Source of the DNA: Pseudomonadota bacterium
GTDB taxonomy: Bacteria; CALINM01
DNA: 64,000 nucleotides
NCBI GenBank assembly: GCA_026418415.1
Contig: JAOABK010000007.1
Span: forward strand, 1 to 64,000
Reading direction: 5' to 3'
The notes below the pieces were generated by a model that was given only the letters and a program-made list of their open reading frames with translations, ran no database searches and had not been told where the DNA came from. Of this stretch, positions 59,356 to 64,000 are shown in pieces (positions within the stretch are counted from its first letter, which is position 1; each line of letters begins with the position of its first letter). The position numbers were made by a program, and so were the translations under genes.

Positions 59356-60444
59356 TCAACATCTAATATTAAAAGTCTTTGCTAAATTATCATTTGTTAT
59401 TTTACCATTATATATATTCAAAGCACTTAAAAGTACTTTGTCTTTAATAGCCTTATCTATACCTAACTTTGCAATTAACTTAACATAGGGAAGTGTTGCA
59501 TTTGTCAGTGCTATTGTTGATGTTCTTGGATATGCCCCCGGCATATTAGCAACCATATAATGGATTACTCCTTCAACAATATAAATAGGCCTGTCATGTG
59601 TCGTTGGTTTAGCGGTTTCAACACAACCCCCTTGATCAATAGAAACGTCCACAATAACAGCCCCTCTTTTCATCTTCTTAAGCATTTTTCTGTTTATTAG
59701 AATTGGTGTTCTACCACCGGGGACTAAAATGGCACCAATTATAATATCAGAACTGTATAGTTCTTCTTCAAGATTATAGTTATCAAGAATTTTGGTTTTT
59801 ACCCTCCCATTAAAATATTCATCTATTTTTTGCAACCTTTCAATACCTCTGTTTAAAACAACTGTCTCAAGTCCTAAATTATAACTAACTCTTGCACTAT
59901 TAAAACCTACATTACCAGCTCCTATTATTAAAACCTTAGCAGAACCAATACCAGTTACCCCCATAGGTAAAAGCCCAGCCCCTTTATACCTTTTTTGTAA
60001 GTAAAAACTACCGACTAAAGGAGCCATTTTACCCGCTATCTCACTCATTGGCGACAACAAAGGTAAAGTGTTATTTACTTCAAGAGTTTCATATGCAAAG
60101 GAGGTAATTCTTTTCTTGCAAAGAAACTCAACTAAATCAAAATTGCTCGCCAAATGTAGAAATGTAAATAATGCAGTATTTTCTCTAAAATAACCGTATT
60201 CCTCAGGCAAGGGCTCTTTCACCTTTATTATTAATTCTGCTTCTTGAAAGAGTTTTTCCTTGTCCATAATTACTGCTCCAGCATTTTCATAGTCACTATC
60301 TTTAAATCCACTTCCAAGCCCTGCTCCTTTTTCAACAAAAACTTTATTACCCTCTGAAACAAGGCTATAAACACCACTTGGGGTTATTGATACTCTGTAT
60401 TCCTGTTTTTTTATTTCCCTTGGAACTCCTATAACCATATTCAT
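59356..60444 (-). CDS. ald: Alanine dehydrogenase
   Basis: Begins MVIGVPREIK and has a Rossmann GAGNVG motif in the AlaDH/PNT family, about 360 aa. Confidence 0.75.
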   Translation of the reverse strand: MNMVIGVPREIKKQEYRVSITPSGVYSLVSEGNKVFVEKGAGLGSGFKDSDYENAGAVIMDKEKLFQEAELIIKVKEPLPEEYGYFRENTALFTFLHLASNFDLVEFLCKKRITSFAYETLEVNNTLPLLSPMSEIAGKMAPLVGSFYLQKRYKGAGLLPMGVTGIGSAKVLIIGAGNVGFNSARVSYNLGLETVVLNRGIERLQKIDEYFNGRVKTKILDNYNLEEELYSSDIIIGAILVPGGRTPILINRKMLKKMKRGAVIVDVSIDQGGCVETAKPTTHDRPIYIVEGVIHYMVANMPGAYPRTSTIALTNATLPYVKLIAKLGIDKAIKDKVLLSALNIYNGKITNDNLAKTFNIRC

Positions 60445-62012
60445 TCTCCTTTGAAGGAGTTATTTAATTTCAGAATATTTTCGATAAATTTATCATCTCC
60501 GCCCATTCCTCTGTATCTTAAAAAATATTCCCAATCAAGCTTTTCTATCTTATTTGCCTCCTGAAAAACTCCATTCACATTCCAAATAATTTTAGGAAGC
60601 TCATCATTATTGAATATATTTGTAAAAACTCTTTTTCCCAAAATCTCTTTCTGGTAAAGAACTACGCTTTTAATAATTTTTTTATTATCAGATTCATTAT
60701 CATCAAAAGGTTTATAAGCCACACCATGTTTTAGGCTATCCTTTAAATTCCAAATCTTTCCCAGAAAATTTAATTGAATTATATTAATATCTTCTCTGAA
60801 CTTACAAATCTTCTGCTGATATATAATCGGAAAGTCCTTTTCTCCTCCCAGAACAATTAAAGTGCTAACATTCCTCGGTAACATAGCCAAACTCATCCTA
60901 CCGTAATCATGAGGGAATACCATTTTTTTATAGGTTAATTCTTTGGCTATATTTGTGAAAAAATTATAACTTACACCAATAAGGGATAACAAAACAATTA
61001 ATTTTTTAGTTTTATAATTTAGTCCTGCAACAAGGATATTAAATAAAAAGACTAACATTACATATGCAGGAAGATAAAAAACCCCGTAAGTTTTCATTCT
61101 TTCCTCAAAACTAAGTGGATCATTACCAGCAATAATTACAAAACCTATGTAAAAAATTAAAATAAATATAGAATATTTAATAAAGTTTTTTCTGTAATAA
61201 TATAAACCAACTATAAAACCCATCAAAATAATTAGGCCATTTATTACTCCAAATTCATAAAGGGGGTTGAAAGTTATTAATTGTTGAAAAAGGGTATTCC
61301 AATCTCTAATAATACCTGAGGTCTGAAAATCATGTCTAAAAATACTATTTAGAAATAGCATTAAACTTTTTGGGTTCCCCCAATTCCAAAGGGGCTCTTT
61401 AATTGCTCTAAGAGGTAAATATAAATAAACTGATAAACCTAATATAAAAAAGAAAAAACATGTCAAAATATTAACGATTGTAATCTCCCTTTTTTCTAAA
61501 AGATATTTAATAAAAATATAGATGCCTGCGAAAATTACAGTCTGGTGAACACCAAAAGCAACACCAAAAAGAAAGGAGTTTAAATATAAAAATCTAATAT
61601 CTTGCTTATCTGAGAAAAAAATCATTAGAAAAATTAACAATAAATTCAATATATAAAGTTCTCCATTTATAGAATTTTCAAAAAATGTAGTGCTAAAGAG
61701 TATAATAAATATACTCGCAAATTTTTCTAAAAATTCGCCCTTTAAATTTTTATAAAAAATTAATAAAAAAAGGAAAGCAGTTATACCAGTAAAAAGATTA
61801 ACCCTAAATGCCAAATTACTAAAGGGAAGGTATTTTGTTAAATGAACGATTTGAGTAAAAGCAGGATAGGAAGGAGGATGGGGAAGCCCCAAAAAGAAGC
61901 CACCCATTAAAAAATCTGTACCATCAGAAAAGGGTTCTAAAGGATAAACAAAAAAAATGAGCAATAAAGATATGAATAAAAAGAATACAATCTCAACTTT
62001 TTTTAAGCCCAT
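60441..62012 (-). CDS. DUF2723/TMEM260-like polytopic membrane glycosyltransferase-like protein
   Basis: About 11 TM segments with an N-terminal FSDGTDF...LGLPHPPSYP motif resembling the DxD...HPPGYP signature of the DUF2723 family. Confidence 0.5.
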   Translation of the reverse strand: MGLKKVEIVFFLFISLLLIFFVYPLEPFSDGTDFLMGGFFLGLPHPPSYPAFTQIVHLTKYLPFSNLAFRVNLFTGITAFLFLLIFYKNLKGEFLEKFASIFIILFSTTFFENSINGELYILNLLLIFLMIFFSDKQDIRFLYLNSFLFGVAFGVHQTVIFAGIYIFIKYLLEKREITIVNILTCFFFFILGLSVYLYLPLRAIKEPLWNWGNPKSLMLFLNSIFRHDFQTSGIIRDWNTLFQQLITFNPLYEFGVINGLIILMGFIVGLYYYRKNFIKYSIFILIFYIGFVIIAGNDPLSFEERMKTYGVFYLPAYVMLVFLFNILVAGLNYKTKKLIVLLSLIGVSYNFFTNIAKELTYKKMVFPHDYGRMSLAMLPRNVSTLIVLGGEKDFPIIYQQKICKFREDINIIQLNFLGKIWNLKDSLKHGVAYKPFDDNESDNKKIIKSVVLYQKEILGKRVFTNIFNNDELPKIIWNVNGVFQEANKIEKLDWEYFLRYRGMGGDDKFIENILKLNNSFKGE

Positions 62013-62052
62013 AGGTAAAGAGATTTTAACACAAAGACATGAAAAGGGTTAA

Positions 62053-63996
62053 TTAAAAACGCTTTGTTAGATTGATATAAAATTTATCTTCGTCTCTATT
62101 ACCATCAATTCTGATCTTCTTATGTTGATAGTAGCTACTTATTGATAGAAGAGGAAATGTTAGATCTGCTCGTAGAGTATAAGTTAAATTGTCTTTATAA
62201 TCATCTTCTTCTTTAAACTTTTCCTCTTTAATCCTACCACCAATTGTTAAAAATCTTAGAGGATATACATTAACTGCGCCCTCTAAAGTAACCAAGGTTT
62301 TTTCTTTAGAGGGGTTTGACCCCACAAACTTATCTGAAACAAACCCAGTTAGATTCATATATTTTTCATATTTTGCAAAGGCTCTCATATCAAAAATCTT
62401 TCTACTATAATAGTCATTTGTATAAATAGCGTACGTAATCTCTTCAGATATACCTTTGTTTTCAGTAAATGTATCAACCCCATTTTCTCTATCGGAACGG
62501 TTTATAAAAGCTGTTGTCTTTGATGAAAAATTATAACGAGGTGTATACAAAACCTGAAGATTGGCAAAATAGTTTGCTTCATCATCATTGTTTACTCTCT
62601 GTAAAACACTCCTACCAGCCTCGGCGGTTATGAAAGTTGTTCTATCAAAGGAATAGTATGAAGCCATACCTTTAATTGTCCTTCTACTTTCATGAGTACC
62701 ATTATCATAGAAAACATCGTCTACTGTACCAGAAGCTGTTAAATTCATAGATGTAATAGGTATATAGGAAAGACTTGCAGATGTTATATTTCTTATCGCT
62801 GTATTATAGGGCTCTAATTGAATATCATATACTCTATTTTGGGCAATATAATTCTCATTTGTAACTGGTATACTTCCCTCGTCATAATAGCTCAATTGTT
62901 CTGACAATGAAAAACCAAGTTTGGGATTAATGGGACCTGAGATCTTATATCTTGCGGTATGAATTTGCTTAATTTTTTTATCAATGCTATTCGTCAAATA
63001 ATCATGAACTGTGAGTGTATATCCTCCTTCATGGGCGTAGGGTGAAATTAAGCTCGGATTTTTTATAAAACTAAAATCGTAGTTAAAAGTTAAATAATCA
63101 TAGTTAAAAGCACCAGTTGAATTGTTTGTGTTATCGGTAAAGTAAATTAAATCATGTCTTGAGGTGTAACTCCAATCACCTTTTCTAAAGGTTATTGAAA
63201 AGTTATTTATAGCTTTGCTTGTTTGGGTATCTTCTGCCCTTTCTCTCATAATCTTGTCAAACTCATAAGAAAGAGTACCGCTATACGAGTTAGTAAGAGA
63301 AGTGCTTCCATAAAAGTAATAGGGCAGTTTCACATTGATTTCTTCTTCAAGTGGTCTTTTTTCGTACAGAAACTTTGCTAAAAGATCTGATCTCCAGTCC
63401 TTTCTTATAGTCTTGAATATAAAATTACCCTCATAGCTTTCTCTTGATACTTTATTATCATCTTTATCAAGTTGATATACAAAGAAGCTCGAGGAAGCAA
63501 TCCAGTTATTTACCAATGTCCAAAGAAGCCTGCCATCATATCTTCTTTGACCAATCTCAACAGTTTCTCTGACCTTTTTAACTCCATCATCAGTTTCATA
63601 ATAACTTGCGTTAATCCAGAATTTTAGAAATCCAAGGTTTAATGTATACCTGTTTGTAGTAGTTTTTTCAATATTATCACCATCTGTTATGAAATTTTCC
63701 CATTCAAAAAGATAGGCATAGGGAGTCAAAGGTCCAACTCTTCTATTAAATACTCCACCACCATTACCATTGCCACCATTACCGTTTCCCAAGAAAAAAC
63801 CATTTCCAGATCCACCATTGCCAAGCAATCCACCATTACCACTTCCCAAAAAAAACATACCATTGCCATTCCCACTAAAAAGCAATCCATTACCATTACC
63901 AGAGAAAAAGTTACCATTGCCATTACCATTACCACGGGGATCAAAAAAATTGAAATATCTTGGCATAACATATTTAAAGGTAACTTTATTATGCAT
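62053..63996 (-). CDS. Outer-membrane beta-barrel protein with Gly-Asn-Phe tandem-repeat N-terminal region (5' end probably beyond window)
   Basis: C-terminal ...YINLTKRF with a terminal Phe, alternating amphipathic beta-strands, and an N-terminal FFSGNGNG x5 repeat. Confidence 0.55.
   Translation of the reverse strand: MHNKVTFKYVMPRYFNFFDPRGNGNGNGNFFSGNGNGLLFSGNGNGMFFLGSGNGGLLGNGGSGNGFFLGNGNGGNGNGGGVFNRRVGPLTPYAYLFEWENFITDGDNIEKTTTNRYTLNLGFLKFWINASYYETDDGVKKVRETVEIGQRRYDGRLLWTLVNNWIASSSFFVYQLDKDDNKVSRESYEGNFIFKTIRKDWRSDLLAKFLYEKRPLEEEINVKLPYYFYGSTSLTNSYSGTLSYEFDKIMRERAEDTQTSKAINNFSITFRKGDWSYTSRHDLIYFTDNTNNSTGAFNYDYLTFNYDFSFIKNPSLISPYAHEGGYTLTVHDYLTNSIDKKIKQIHTARYKISGPINPKLGFSLSEQLSYYDEGSIPVTNENYIAQNRVYDIQLEPYNTAIRNITSASLSYIPITSMNLTASGTVDDVFYDNGTHESRRTIKGMASYYSFDRTTFITAEAGRSVLQRVNNDDEANYFANLQVLYTPRYNFSSKTTAFINRSDRENGVDTFTENKGISEEITYAIYTNDYYSRKIFDMRAFAKYEKYMNLTGFVSDKFVGSNPSKEKTLVTLEGAVNVYPLRFLTIGGRIKEEKFKEEDDYKDNLTYTLRADLTFPLLSISSYYQHKKIRIDGNRDEDKFYINLTKRF
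63726..63971 (-). repeat. Imperfect tandem hexa/nona-nucleotide repeats (ccattaccattgcc...) encoding the (G-N)n-FF repeat
   Basis: Visible DNA periodicity within the coding sequence. The alternate-frame track ORF at 63726-63971 is an artefact of this repeat. Confidence 0.6.
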
Positions 63997-64000
63997 CTGC

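Noticed and set aside
63726-63971. 81-aa ORF MLCQD...MVMAMV repeat protein
   Set aside because: It is an alternate-frame reading of the tandem DNA repeat that encodes the Gly-Asn-Phe region of the outer-membrane protein.
63726-63971. Possible CRISPR-like periodicity
   Set aside because: The repeat units are 6-14 bp, imperfect and coding, and lack the structure of ~30-bp repeats plus unique spacers.
1-64000. Mobile elements, prophage or defence islands
   Set aside because: No integrase, transposase, restriction-modification, toxin-antitoxin or nuclease-type genes were seen. Composition is uniform apart from short GC-rich hairpins.

Overview
This is a densely coding, AT-rich window with roughly 75 genes on both strands, typical of an anaerobic diderm bacterium. 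It contains no CRISPR array and no transposase or integrase, and only one RNA gene, a tRNA-Leu(GAG). The lineage cannot be assigned from sequence alone. Its content suggests a low-GC anaerobe of the sulfate- or metal-reducing thermophile type: multiheme c-type cytochromes, a tungsten aldehyde:ferredoxin oxidoreductase, desulfoferrodoxin and rubrerythrin.

The main blocks, from start to end, are:
- a partial arsR-like gene, an orphan pstS with a terminator, and a candidate Pho-type direct repeat;
- a GGDEF diguanylate cyclase whose periplasmic domain carries two CxxCH heme motifs;
- a CaCA antiporter, a GDT1/UPF0016 transporter, an EamA transporter and an SPFH-domain protein;
- livKHMGF preceded by a very good sigma54 -24/-12 promoter, with a dCache histidine kinase and NtrC-type sigma54 activator immediately upstream;
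- pmbA-like, ArgA-like GNAT, recN and nadK genes, then a divergent rrf2 regulator;
- tupABC tungstate uptake;
- the most notable locus, a single roughly 13.5-kb minus-strand operon (24.7-38.3 kb). It runs NHL beta-propeller lipoprotein, tetraheme cytochrome c, octaheme cytochrome c, GspF, GspE, PilM/N/O/P-like proteins, a TPR-lipoprotein::secretin fusion, three tandem GspG-like pseudopilins and an orphan PilR-like sigma54 activator. This looks like a dedicated T2SS/pseudopilus-type export machine for multiheme cytochromes and is a candidate extracellular-electron-transfer or cytochrome-nanowire system;
- a compact super-operon murA-hisGDC-hisBH-(lipoprotein)-hisAFE-slyD-aorA-aor-GT2, with an unexpected lipoprotein gene translationally coupled inside the his operon;
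- a GAF-GGDEF gene behind a 360-bp AT-rich leader, a phasin-like gene, and a perR-rbr-dfx-prx oxidative-stress operon with a palindromic operator inside its promoter;
- a ChlI-like AAA+ gene and a VWA gene that are interrupted or fused at an A10 homopolymer, and the VWA ORF has no start codon;
- a NitT/TauT-type ABC transporter, ald, a DUF2723/TMEM260-like membrane protein, and an outer-membrane beta-barrel with a Gly-Asn-Phe tandem-repeat N-terminus.

All calls rest on motif-level reading of the supplied translations and DNA. No database search was possible.
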